DNA of 64,000 nucleotides, taken from Pontixanthobacter sp. GTDB lineage: Bacteria > Pseudomonadota > Alphaproteobacteria > Sphingomonadales > Sphingomonadaceae. The stretch spans positions 1,235,601 through 1,299,600 of the forward strand of contig CBDCBU010000001.1 of NCBI GenBank assembly GCA_965214445.1, in the 5' to 3' direction. Of the stretch, positions 1 through 8,697 are shown piece after piece; within the stretch, counting starts at the first letter, position 1, and each line of letters opens with the position of its first letter. The position numbers and the translations under genes are program-made. The notes under the pieces are model-generated. The model was given only the letters and a program-made list of their open reading frames with translations. It did not search any database and was not told the origin of the DNA.

Positions 1-654
1 CGCGACGATGTGCCGCCCCGTATCGCCGCGGAAATGAAGGCGTTCGCTACCCAGGAAATCAACCACACGCGCGAGCATGTCGCATTCAACCGGCTGGTGT
101 CCGATCACGGATACAACGTCGAAAGCATCGATCAGGGCATTCAGGCGATGCTGACCCTGACGGAAGGGCGGCCCAAGGAATTCAACCTCGCCATCACCAT
201 CGCGCTGGAACATTTCGCCGCGATCATCAGCCACCATCTGCTCGCCGATCCGCGTTATCTCGAAGGGGCGGACCCGGTCGCAGCCGAAATCTGGCGCTGG
301 CATGCGACGGAGGAGATCGAACATAAGGGGATAACCTACGATGTCTGGCTGCATGCGACCCGCGACTGGAGCCGGTGGCGGCGGTACCGGGTCAAGACGC
401 TGATCGCGGTGCTGATCACCCGCAAATATTTCGGCAACCGCATCCGCGACGCCATCGGCCTCCTGGAACAGGACGGGTTCAGCAGACGCGAGGCGAAACG
501 AAAACTCTACGCGTTCCTGTGGTTCAAGCCGGGAATGATGCGCCGGATGTTCGGCGAATGGGCGAAGATCCTGTTGCCGGGCTTTCACCCCTGGAACCTC
601 GACGATCGGGCACTGATCGGCAAGCCGGACAGCCCCTACGCCGATGCGAGATAA
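1..654 (+). CDS. Predicted metal-dependent hydrolase family protein (PF10118-like), 5'-truncated by window edge
   Basis: Frame 1 is open from nt 1 (RDDVPPRIAAEMKAF...). It is colinear with the C-terminal ~220 aa of the downstream paralog. Shared blocks: QEINHTREHVAFNRL, ALEH, WRWHAxEEIEHKG, PGFHPW. Stop TAA at 652-654. Confidence 0.7.
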   Translation, partial: RDDVPPRIAAEMKAFATQEINHTREHVAFNRLVSDHGYNVESIDQGIQAMLTLTEGRPKEFNLAITIALEHFAAIISHHLLADPRYLEGADPVAAEIWRWHATEEIEHKGITYDVWLHATRDWSRWRRYRVKTLIAVLITRKYFGNRIRDAIGLLEQDGFSRREAKRKLYAFLWFKPGMMRRMFGEWAKILLPGFHPWNLDDRALIGKPDSPYADAR

Positions 655-657
655 AGC

Positions 658-706
658 CTTATTGACACTGTTGTAAGTAGCGCTTATTGACAGCAATGTC
701 AGTAAG
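658..706. promoter_or_regulatory. Operator-like repeat set (three copies of a CTTATTGACA half-site)
   Basis: CTTATTGACA occurs at 658-667 and 683-692. Its near-perfect inverse TGTCAGTAAG occurs at 697-706, giving the palindrome CTTATTGACA-GCAA-TGTCAGTAAG with 9/10 arm match. It lies in an AT-rich 65-nt spacer just upstream of the RBS and ATG at 720. Confidence 0.4.
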
Positions 707-719
707 CTTTGGAGTTCCC

Positions 720-1592
720 ATGAACGCGCCTACAACCTTTGCATACGATTCTGCTGCTACGACGCAGTCCGCCCCGCGAATCGTAATCCGCGACGAACGT
801 TTCAATCGGGATACCGCTCCGCGCCGCTGGTGGGCCGGGGACGCGTTCGGTACCGCATGGCACAATGCGCTGTCGGCGACGTTCCCGCGCGGAGAGGCGT
901 TCTTCATCGAATCCGTCAAGGCTCATCGCGATGGTGCGCCGCCCAAGTTGGCCGAGGAGATCCGCGCCTTCGTGCGGCAGGAAATCAATCACACCCGCGA
1001 ACATGTCGCCTTTAACCGGCTGGCCCAGGACAGCGGCTACGATATCGCCGCCATCGATCGGCGGGTGGAGGCAATGCTCGCTTTGACCAGGGGGCGTCCT
1101 GCGATCGTCAACCTGGCCGTCACCATGGCGCTGGAGCATTACACCGCGATGATGGCGCATGAGTTCCTCGCCAATCCGAAGCATTTCGAGAATGCCGACG
1201 CGCAAGTGCGCGACATGTGGCGCTGGCATGCGGTCGAGGAAATCGAGCACAAGGGCGTCGCCTACGACACCTGGAACCATGCGACTCGCGACTGGAGCGC
1301 ATGGCGACGCTGGAAGCTGCGATCGCTGATGATGGTCATCATCACGGCCAAATTCTTCCGCAATCGCTGGGTCGATTCGCTCAACCTCCTGGCGCAGGAC
1401 GGGATCACGGGGGGAAAGGCGCGGTGGGGGCTGCTGAAATATCTGACAGTCAGCCCCGGTGTGGTCCGTCGTATCTTTCCGGCCTGGCTGTCCTATTTCA
1501 AACCCGGCTTCCACCCCTGGGACCATGACGATCGCGCACTGATCGCCAGATATGAAAGCGAATTCGCCGACGCATTGATGCCCGAGGAATGA
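720..1592 (+). CDS. Predicted metal-dependent hydrolase family protein (PF10118-like), tandem paralog
   Basis: Tracked ORF 687..1592. ATG at 720 is preceded by GGAG (711-714) and preferred over the TTG at 687. Same His/Glu motif blocks as the upstream gene. Confidence 0.7.
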   Translation: MNAPTTFAYDSAATTQSAPRIVIRDERFNRDTAPRRWWAGDAFGTAWHNALSATFPRGEAFFIESVKAHRDGAPPKLAEEIRAFVRQEINHTREHVAFNRLAQDSGYDIAAIDRRVEAMLALTRGRPAIVNLAVTMALEHYTAMMAHEFLANPKHFENADAQVRDMWRWHAVEEIEHKGVAYDTWNHATRDWSAWRRWKLRSLMMVIITAKFFRNRWVDSLNLLAQDGITGGKARWGLLKYLTVSPGVVRRIFPAWLSYFKPGFHPWDHDDRALIARYESEFADALMPEE

Positions 1593-1767
1593 AGCGGATA
1601 CGAAAGACCCGGCCCCCGGCGGGAGCGTGTCGATCAGGCTGCTTGCCGGTGATTGCCGCTCTCATCAGCGTCGCGTAGAATTAGGCTGTCGACGTAAGAG
1701 AGCGTCAAAATTGCCGAACCTGCGGCTGGATCATCGCGAACAACGGTCCCGTCGCTGCACTGCCCTG

Positions 1768-2037
1768 TTATTCCGCGGCGACGGCCTGCACGTCGACCGA
1801 CACGTATTTACGGCCCTGCTTCCCGGCATGGAACCGCACGCGGCCGCCTTCCAGCGCGAACAGGGTATGATCCTTGCCCATGCCGACATTGGTGCCCGGA
1901 TAGTATTTCGTGCCCCGCTGGCGCACGATGATGTTGCCCGGAATAACGGCTTCGCTACCGAACTTCTTCACGCCAAGGCGCCGACCGGCGGAGTCGCGAC
2001 CGTTGCGGGATGAACCGCCTGCTTTTTTATGTGCCAT
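1768..2037 (-). CDS. rpmA: 50S ribosomal protein L27
   Basis: 89 aa, [27 protein letters not shown]...IIVRQRGTK is the canonical L27 N-terminus. Confidence 0.97.
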   Translation of the reverse strand: MAHKKAGGSSRNGRDSAGRRLGVKKFGSEAVIPGNIIVRQRGTKYYPGTNVGMGKDHTLFALEGGRVRFHAGKQGRKYVSVDVQAVAAE

Positions 2038-2065
2038 CGTCAGTTACTCGTCTTGTAGGTCTGTT

Positions 2066-2614
2066 TCAGTCCGCCGTCTTGCCGGCAGTATCCTCAAAAG
2101 TGTCCTTCGAAGGCTTCTTGGTCGCAGCCTTCTTGGGCGCGGCATCCTTCTTGGGGGCCGATTTCTTGGCGACCGCTTTCTCGGGGGCCGGCTGGTCGCC
2201 GTCCGCCTTCGCAGCTGGAGCCTTCTCGCCAGCCGACTTCTTCACCGCTGGCTTGTCGGCCGCCGGCTTCGTATCGGAGACGGTTCCAGCATCCTTCTTA
2301 CGCGGCTCCGCCTTGTCATCACCGACACCGGTGATGCGCAGCAAGGTCAACTGCTGACGATGCCCGGCCTTGCGGCGGTAATTATGGCGGCGGCGCTTCT
2401 TGAAGACGATGACCTTGTCGCTCTTCGCCTGCGCGATGATTTCCGCCGACACCGAAACCTTGGACGCGTCGGCGATCGATTCGCCTTCGCCGGCCAGCAG
2501 CACGTCGCCCAGCGTCACGCTGTCGCCGGCCTCGCCCGCCATCTTCTCGACGGCAATCTTGTCTCCTGCGGCAACCCGGTATTGCTTGCCGCCAGTGCGC
2601 ACTACTGCGAACAT
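2066..2614 (-). CDS. rplU: 50S ribosomal protein L21 with long Lys/Ala/Pro-rich C-terminal extension
   Basis: [20 protein letters not shown]... is the canonical L21 core (~103 aa), followed by ~79 aa of K/A/P-rich tail. Lies 28 nt upstream of rpmA. Confidence 0.95.
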   Translation of the reverse strand: MFAVVRTGGKQYRVAAGDKIAVEKMAGEAGDSVTLGDVLLAGEGESIADASKVSVSAEIIAQAKSDKVIVFKKRRRHNYRRKAGHRQQLTLLRITGVGDDKAEPRKKDAGTVSDTKPAADKPAVKKSAGEKAPAAKADGDQPAPEKAVAKKSAPKKDAAPKKAATKKPSKDTFEDTAGKTAD

Positions 2615-2827
2615 GGTCCTGTCACTTTCAATATAAATTGTGATGCCGCCTTCGTCGACGAAGATGGCGCACCCGATGTCCCGCCATTGCAGGCGACCCT
2701 TCGGAAAGAAAAATCCGTTAGGCGATGGCGTCCGTCAAGTCAATGTCGGACCATATTCCTTTTTGCCGCTAAATCCGACCGGTCCGGCGCGGACATAGAC
2801 CGACTTCCAACCGCCTCGCGAACTGCT

Positions 2828-3355
2828 ATGAAACCGATCATGGAAGGCTTGCGCACTCGAACGAAGGTCATCGGCGCGATGATCTCCGCCATTATCTTTC
2901 CGACGGGCTGCGCGTCGGACACGCGATACCCGTCACTCGCCATTCGGGATGTCGAGAACGACGATGCCGCCTACGCGTCCGGTCCGCTGCTCGATCCCAC
3001 CCCACCCGATGCGCGACTGTTCGATCGCATCGCCGTGTCGCGGCAGCAAGCCGTTGCCGCGCATGATCGTTTCATGGCCGCGGCACCTGCAGCGCGCCGT
3101 GCGGTGAGATCCGCACGTGGCGCTTCGACTTCGAGCACCGCTTGGTCGAGCGCGCAGGTCGCCCTCGCCGATCTGGCATCACTCCGCAGTCAAGCGGCAA
3201 TACCACTGGCCGACCTCGACCGGCTCTATGTCGAGGCGACGATCGACTTCATCCGCCGCGGCGAAATCGCGACGGCGCGAAACGAAATTATCGCGCTCGT
3301 CGCAGCCGAAGATCGCGTGCTGGCCGAACTGGGCGCCGCCCTCCCGTCACGATAG
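2828..3355 (+). CDS. Hypothetical lipoprotein
   Basis: C-terminal part of tracked ORF 1910..3355, whose upstream part is antisense to rplU/rpmA. ATG at 2828. Hydrophobic stretch ending in lipobox-like FPTGC. Confidence 0.5.
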   Translation: MKPIMEGLRTRTKVIGAMISAIIFPTGCASDTRYPSLAIRDVENDDAAYASGPLLDPTPPDARLFDRIAVSRQQAVAAHDRFMAAAPAARRAVRSARGASTSSTAWSSAQVALADLASLRSQAAIPLADLDRLYVEATIDFIRRGEIATARNEIIALVAAEDRVLAELGAALPSR

Positions 3356-3664
3356 CGCCCAGTACTGGCCGGTCACCCCTTCGGCCGTGGCGAGATAGGC
3401 AGCCACGGCCGCAAGCGCCGGTCCGTTCGACCCGGCGACGATATTGATGCGGACAGGCGCGTAATGCCGGGCGAGGTCGCGCGCCATCGCCTGCCGCCAA
3501 TCACGATGGTCGTGGCCCGCCCATGCGAGAGCGACCAGCAGGGCGGACAGTGTGCCATCTTCCAGCCGCGCGTCGATCTGAGGCAGGCCTACGAAATAGA
3601 ATTGCCGGGCGGCGGATATGGCCGCTTCCGGCAGACCGTCGATATGCAGGACACCAGGCGTCAT
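3347..3664 (-). CDS. Hypothetical protein resembling only the C-terminal half of an SDR
   Basis: 105 aa. RINIVAGS and AAYLATAEGVTGQ resemble the SDR C-terminal region, but there is no TGxxxGxG Rossmann motif. Its ATG shares one nt with the folB stop (TAATG). Confidence 0.45.
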   Translation of the reverse strand: MTPGVLHIDGLPEAAISAARQFYFVGLPQIDARLEDGTLSALLVALAWAGHDHRDWRQAMARDLARHYAPVRINIVAGSNGPALAAVAAYLATAEGVTGQYWALS

Positions 3665-4035
3665 TATCGCCGAACGCGGGTGAGGGTTATGCCGATCTTC
3701 TCGTTCGCTTCCGCAATGGCGAGCTTCACGATCTTGACCGTCACCGCTTCGATGCGGCGGTCCTGCACGAAAATCGTTTCGCAGATATGGTCCGCGACCG
3801 CTTCGATCAGTTTGAAATGGACGCCCCTGGGCAGCGCGTCCCCGGCGGCGAATTTCAGATCCATGTAATTCTTGCTGGCATCCAGCGGAGTGTCCGGCGC
3901 GTATCGATCCGCGACCTTGATCCGGGCCTGGATCGAAATACGCAGCGGCTGCGGCTTGCCGGTCTCCTCCGAATAAATACCGGTCAGGACGTCATGCTCC
4001 AGATCGGCAACCTCCAAGATAAGCGCATCGGTCAT
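3664..4035 (-). CDS. folB: Dihydroneopterin aldolase
   Basis: Internal ATG at 4035 of tracked ORF 3664..4281 gives 123 aa (MTDALILEVADLEHDVLTGIYSEE...IRISIQA...) typical of the FolB fold. The ATG overlaps the upstream stop (ATGA). Confidence 0.85.
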   Translation of the reverse strand: MTDALILEVADLEHDVLTGIYSEETGKPQPLRISIQARIKVADRYAPDTPLDASKNYMDLKFAAGDALPRGVHFKLIEAVADHICETIFVQDRRIEAVTVKIVKLAIAEANEKIGITLTRVRR

Positions 4036-4919
4036 GGCTGGCTCCAGCGGGCGAAGATGGCAGTCGGCAGCAGGCGACCTTCCGCCCCTTCCTCCCGCAT
4101 GGCGAGATCGCCATGTTCGACAGTGCCGGGAAGATCGGCGAACATTTCTCGCAGCAATCCGCCCAACGCCAAGCTGGACATCCGAACGGCATAGACGGTC
4201 AGGAACAGGAACCGGCTGTCGCCGTCCAGCAGCTGCCGGCAATCGCGGACAAGGCCGGGCAGGTCTTCGTCCAATCGCCATATCTCGTTCTTCGGACCGC
4301 GGCCGTATTTTGGCGGATCGAGAATGATACCATCATACCGCTTCCCCCGGCGGACCTCGCGCGCGGTGAATTTGGCCGCATCGTCGACCAGCCAGCGGAT
4401 CGGGCGGTCGTCCATTCGCGAAAGCGCGGCATTGGCGCGCGCCTGCGCCACGGATTTTTTCGACGCGTCGACATGGGTGACACGGCCATATTCGGACAGG
4501 GCGAGCGATCCGACACCGGTATAGCCGAACAGGTTCATCGAGGCCGCGTCCGATCGGCCGGCCATCTGCAACGCCATCCACTCCCAGACGGGGGCCATGT
4601 CGGGAAAGAAGCCGAGATGGCGGAAAGGCGTGCATTGGGCTGTGAACCGCACGCCATTCCAGGTCACGGGCCAGCCATCGTCCGGCACCGGGCGCGCGAA
4701 TTGCCAGCGCCCACCCCCATCCTCGTCCGAACCCGGAACGAACTCGCCATCGGCACGCCAATCATCAGTATGCGGGGACCACATTGCCTGCGGTTCGGGG
4801 CGAACGAAGGTGTATTCGCCGTAGCGTTCCAGCTTGCGCCCATGACCGCTGTCGATCAATCCGTAATCCGGCCAAGCGGCTCCTTCGATCAGGACGGGTG
4901 CATCGACAAACCGGGCCAT
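4032..4919 (-). CDS. Class I SAM-dependent (RlmI/RlmK-like) methyltransferase
   Basis: ATG at 4919 (MARFVDAPVL...) within tracked ORF 4032..5189. NLFGYTGVGSL and ILDPPKYGRGP motifs. Start shares one nt with the thrC stop. Confidence 0.8.
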   Translation of the reverse strand: MARFVDAPVLIEGAAWPDYGLIDSGHGRKLERYGEYTFVRPEPQAMWSPHTDDWRADGEFVPGSDEDGGGRWQFARPVPDDGWPVTWNGVRFTAQCTPFRHLGFFPDMAPVWEWMALQMAGRSDAASMNLFGYTGVGSLALSEYGRVTHVDASKKSVAQARANAALSRMDDRPIRWLVDDAAKFTAREVRRGKRYDGIILDPPKYGRGPKNEIWRLDEDLPGLVRDCRQLLDGDSRFLFLTVYAVRMSSLALGGLLREMFADLPGTVEHGDLAMREEGAEGRLLPTAIFARWSQP

Positions 4920-6319
4920 CAACGCGATTCCGTCGCGCGCTGTGCGATATGGGCGGCGAACGCCTCGTAATCGCCCGAGATGCGCTCGCAGCGTTCTTCC
5001 CGCGCGAACAGATCGCCGACCCTTTCGGGCAGGCTGGGCCTGATTCCGGTTGCCCGCTCGACCGCATCGCGAAATTTCGCGGGATGCGCAGTGGCCAGGG
5101 TGACAACAGGTATGTGAGGCTCGATATCCGCCTCGCGCGCCGCATGAAGTCCGATCGCGGTATGCGGATCGATCAGTTCGCCGCAGCATTCCCGGGCCCA
5201 GAGGGACGCGGCCGCTATCTCGTCCGCATCGACCCTTCTGCTGGAGAACAGGGCGGCCGCTCCGCCGCGCTGGATTTCGGTAAGACGCATCGCCCGGCTT
5301 GCGTCAAAACCTGTCATCTGCTCCGTCATGGCCGGGCCATCGCGCCCACCGATATCGAACAGCAGCCGTTCGAAATTGGAACTGACCTGGATGTCCATCG
5401 ACGGCGCTATCGTGGGCGTTACGTCGCCAGCGGAGTAGTCGCCATACGCCAGCGCCCGGTGCAGGATATCGTTCACGTTGGTCGCCACGATCAGGCGGGC
5501 GATCGGCAGACCCATCTGCGCGGCCACGTAACCGGCGAAGACATCGCCGAAATTGCCGGTCGGGACGCTGAAGGCAACCTTGCGACGCGGCGCACCCAGC
5601 TGCAGCGCTGCGGCGAAATAATAGACGATCTGCGCCAGCAGCCGCGCCCAGTTGATCGAATTGACCGCCCCGATCTTGAATCGCCCGTTCATGGCGGGAT
5701 CGTTGAACATGCGTTTTACATGCGCCTGCGCGTCGTCGAAACTGCCGCTGATCGCGATGTTATGGACATTGGGCGCCATCACCGTCGTCATCTGACGTCG
5801 CTGCACGTCACTGATCCGGCCGTCCGGATGCGCCATGAAAATGTCGATCCGGTCGCGCCCCGCCACCGCGTCGATCGCGGCGGACCCCGTATCCCCGCTG
5901 GTCGCGCCGACGATGGTCAGATGGTCGTCGGTGCGCGACAGGAATTTCTCGAACAGCAGGCCGAGCATCTGCAAGGCCACGTCCTTGAACGCCAATGTCG
6001 GACCATGGAACAGTTCGAGCAGCCAATGCTGCGCGTCGAATTGTTTCAACGGCGTCACGGCCGCATGCGCGAAGCGGCCATAGGCGGTGTGGCACATCGC
6101 GGCGAGTTCGCCCCGCGTCAGGCAGTCGCCGACGAAAGGCTGCATGACCCGGACCGCCAGTTCAGGATAGGACAGGCCCGCCATGCCGCCGATTTCAGTG
6201 TCCGAGAAGCGCGGCCAGCTTTCCGGCAGATACAGCCCGCCATCATTGGCCAGCCCCGTCAGCGTGACCTGTTCGAAATTGCAAATCGGCGCACTGCCCC
6301 GGGTAGATATGTACCGCAT
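4919..6319 (-). CDS. thrC: Threonine synthase
   Basis: 466 aa, MRYISTRG..., PLP-lysine block GPTLAFKDVALQ. Confidence 0.95.
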   Translation of the reverse strand: MRYISTRGSAPICNFEQVTLTGLANDGGLYLPESWPRFSDTEIGGMAGLSYPELAVRVMQPFVGDCLTRGELAAMCHTAYGRFAHAAVTPLKQFDAQHWLLELFHGPTLAFKDVALQMLGLLFEKFLSRTDDHLTIVGATSGDTGSAAIDAVAGRDRIDIFMAHPDGRISDVQRRQMTTVMAPNVHNIAISGSFDDAQAHVKRMFNDPAMNGRFKIGAVNSINWARLLAQIVYYFAAALQLGAPRRKVAFSVPTGNFGDVFAGYVAAQMGLPIARLIVATNVNDILHRALAYGDYSAGDVTPTIAPSMDIQVSSNFERLLFDIGGRDGPAMTEQMTGFDASRAMRLTEIQRGGAAALFSSRRVDADEIAAASLWARECCGELIDPHTAIGLHAAREADIEPHIPVVTLATAHPAKFRDAVERATGIRPSLPERVGDLFAREERCERISGDYEAFAAHIAQRATESR

Positions 6320-6383
6320 AAATGCCGCGATTAGCGGGCGGGGCTGGTCCGCACAAGCGCGCCCGCTACAAGCCCGCTATATG

Positions 6384-6950
6384 CTATCGCCGGGATCGCG
6401 ACCGCAACGCGACCCCGTAGATCACCAGCGCGGTAAGGGCGAAAAGAAACCACTGGACGGCATAGGACAGGTGATTGTTCGGCAGGTCGGCGGGGTCCGG
6501 CCGAGCCAGCGGCCCCAGACCGGCAAGCGGGGGATCGGCCACGATCTTGCCCCCCGGCGCGAGTGTTCCCGTTATCGCTCCCCCGCTCCACTCCGGCGGA
6601 TCGGACGAGCGATCCCAACCAAGGGCGATATCCGCCGTCGCACCGTTTCCAAGCGTGCAGCGTGCGATCAGCGACCAGCCTTTGGCACCGACAACGTTCG
6701 TCCCGGCTGTTGCCCGTGTCGACAGGACCTCCTCGCATCGTACCCTGACCCGGCGATAGAGATTGGCTTCGATCGCATCCGCCGATCGGGGATAGGAGAT
6801 CGGTGCGGCCGATGGATCGACCATGCCATATCGGTCCAGCAGCGCCCCTTTTTCTTCCGCGCGGTCCAACTGCCAAACGCCGAGTGCGACCATCAACGCA
6901 GCTGCAAGGGCGACCACTATGGTCGCGACTAACGGAAGGCTCCGAGTCAT
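6384..6950 (-). CDS. SURF1 family cytochrome oxidase biogenesis protein
   Basis: Tracked ORF 6384..6998. TM helix then GVWQLDRAEEK, and C-terminal NNHLSYAVQWF typical of SURF1. Start uncertain (6950 or 6998). Confidence 0.8.
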   Translation of the reverse strand: MTRSLPLVATIVVALAAALMVALGVWQLDRAEEKGALLDRYGMVDPSAAPISYPRSADAIEANLYRRVRVRCEEVLSTRATAGTNVVGAKGWSLIARCTLGNGATADIALGWDRSSDPPEWSGGAITGTLAPGGKIVADPPLAGLGPLARPDPADLPNNHLSYAVQWFLFALTALVIYGVALRSRSRR

Positions 6951-6998
6951 TCCCGAATCAGCGCGGTTCCGAAAACGAACAGCGGCACCGAGCGCCAA

Positions 6999-7865
6999 TC
7001 AATGGATCGGCGCGCCCCAGCCGCCCCAGACGTAGACAGCGATGAACAGGAACAACCATACGACATCGACGAAATGCCAGTACCATGCAGCCGCCTCGAA
7101 CCCGAAATGCTGCCGCGGGGTGAAGTGACCCTTGTAAACCCGTACGAGGCAAACCGCGAGGAAGATCGTGCCGACCAGAACGTGGAAGCCATGGAACCCG
7201 GTGGCCATGTAGAACCCCGAACTATAGGTGTTTCCACCAAATGCGAACGCCCCCAGCGCATGCGAATATTCATAGGCCTGGATAGCGCTGAACAGCAAAC
7301 CCAGGATAATGGTCGCCCACAGCCCCTTCTTCAGACCGTCGCGATTGCCGTTGATCAACGAGTGATGCGCCCAAGTTACGGTGGTTCCCGAACACAGCAG
7401 GATAAGCGTGTTGAGCAGCGGAAGGTCGAACGCATCGAGCACTTCCAACCCACGGGGGGGCCATTGCGCAATGGCAGCCGCGCCTTCTTCGCCGAAACGG
7501 GTAAGCGTGGCACCGTCGACCAATTCGATCGGCTGAGGGAACAGTGAGAAATCAAACCAGGCCCAGAACCAGCCGACGAAAAACATGACTTCGGAAGCAA
7601 TGAACAAGATCATGCCGTAGCGCATGTGCAACTGCACGACAGGGGTGTGGTCGCCTTGCTCCGCCTCCCGTACGATCTTGCCGAACCAAGCGAAGAATGT
7701 CGCGATCAGACCGGCTGTGCCCAGACCCCAGATCAGCCAGCCATTGGCCATATCATGCATCCAGAACACCATACCGGTAAAGAAGGTTAACGCAGACAGC
7801 GACCCGGCCAGCGGCCAGATATCAGGTGCCAGAATATGGTAATCGTGGTTCTTCGTGCCAGCCAT
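6999..7865 (-). CDS. ctaE: Cytochrome c oxidase subunit III
   Basis: MAGTKNHDYHILAPD... with multi-TM body. ATG at 7865 preferred over the TTG at 7877. Confidence 0.95.
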   Translation of the reverse strand: MAGTKNHDYHILAPDIWPLAGSLSALTFFTGMVFWMHDMANGWLIWGLGTAGLIATFFAWFGKIVREAEQGDHTPVVQLHMRYGMILFIASEVMFFVGWFWAWFDFSLFPQPIELVDGATLTRFGEEGAAAIAQWPPRGLEVLDAFDLPLLNTLILLCSGTTVTWAHHSLINGNRDGLKKGLWATIILGLLFSAIQAYEYSHALGAFAFGGNTYSSGFYMATGFHGFHVLVGTIFLAVCLVRVYKGHFTPRQHFGFEAAAWYWHFVDVVWLFLFIAVYVWGGWGAPIH

Positions 7866-7959
7866 GTCGTCTCTCAACTGTTGAACGAACCGGGCCGATG
7901 AACCGCCCGGTCGGATCGATGAAAAGGTTCCTAATCCGTGCCCGCGCCAAGGTCCAGCC

Positions 7960-8568
7960 TCACCCGCCCGCTTTCTCCATCCCCGAAGCCGCAGCGCCCC
8001 CGGTCGGCTCGATCGCGCGGTGGAACGTGTAGCTCAAGGTAATTTGCTCCACATCGCGGGCGTTTTCATCTTTCATGATGGCCGGATCGACATAATACAG
8101 GACGGGCATTCGCATTTCCTCGCCCGGTTGCAGGGTCTGTTCGGTGAAACAGAAGCACTGGATCTTGTTGAAATATTTCCCCGTCTGGGCCGGTTCGACG
8201 TTGAAGGTCGCATTGCCGGTGACCGGTACGTCGCTATCGTTGCGGGCGATGTAGAACGCCATGTCGCGCTGGCCGATCTGAACCGTATCGGTGGATTGTT
8301 CGGGGCGGAAGGCCCACGGCATGCCGATCGCCGTGGTCGCATCGAACCGGATGGATATGGGTTTGCTGCCGGCACTTTGCGCAAGGCGAAGCGCCATGTC
8401 CGCATCGGTTTCGCTCGCGCGCTGGGTGGTGCCGCCAAAACCGGTGACGCGGCAGAACAGTTCATACAGCGGCACTGCGGCATACCCCATCCCCAGCATC
8501 GCCAGCGCACCCAGCATGGCTAGGGCGCCCACCCGCCAGTTTCTACGGTCCAGTGTAGCGGTGGACAT
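7960..8568 (-). CDS. ctaG: Cytochrome c oxidase assembly protein CtaG/Cox11
   Basis: 202 aa, N-terminal TM, copper-binding IQCFCFTEQ motif. Confidence 0.9.
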   Translation of the reverse strand: MSTATLDRRNWRVGALAMLGALAMLGMGYAAVPLYELFCRVTGFGGTTQRASETDADMALRLAQSAGSKPISIRFDATTAIGMPWAFRPEQSTDTVQIGQRDMAFYIARNDSDVPVTGNATFNVEPAQTGKYFNKIQCFCFTEQTLQPGEEMRMPVLYYVDPAIMKDENARDVEQITLSYTFHRAIEPTGGAAASGMEKAGG

Positions 8569-8571
8569 CCC

Positions 8572-8697
8572 TTAATCTCCCATCCGCACGATCGTGATCG
8601 CATAGAAAAGCACGACGAAGAACAGCAGCAGCGCGCCGACCGCCAGATTGCGCGTCTTGCGGCGCCGTTCGATTTCAGTCTGTTCGTCGGGGGTCAT
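8572..8697 (-). CDS. Small single-TM protein inside the cta operon (41 aa, not in supplied ORF track)
   Basis: Hand translation: [42 protein letters not shown]. The ATG overlaps the ctaB stop (ATGA). Stop TAA lies 3 nt before the ctaG start. Third positions are G/C-rich. Confidence 0.55.
   Translation of the reverse strand: MTPDEQTEIERRRKTRNLAVGALLLFFVVLFYAITIVRMGD

Noticed and set aside
687-719. TTG start at 687 for the second hydrolase paralog
   Set aside because: The TTG lies inside the operator-like repeat (it is part of TTGACA). The ATG at 720 has a GGAG at proper spacing and aligns with the paralog family.
1910-2827. Upstream 306 aa of + strand ORF 1910..3355
   Set aside because: It is antisense to rpmA/rplU and low-complexity (L/R/G repeats). 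Only the lipoprotein-like part from 2828 is plausible.
4784-6334. 516-aa ORF on the + strand covering thrC
   Set aside because: It is antisense to a gene with clear threonine-synthase motifs. Its translation is Arg/Gly/Ala/Pro-rich with no recognisable domain. That is the usual stop-poor antisense frame of high-GC DNA.
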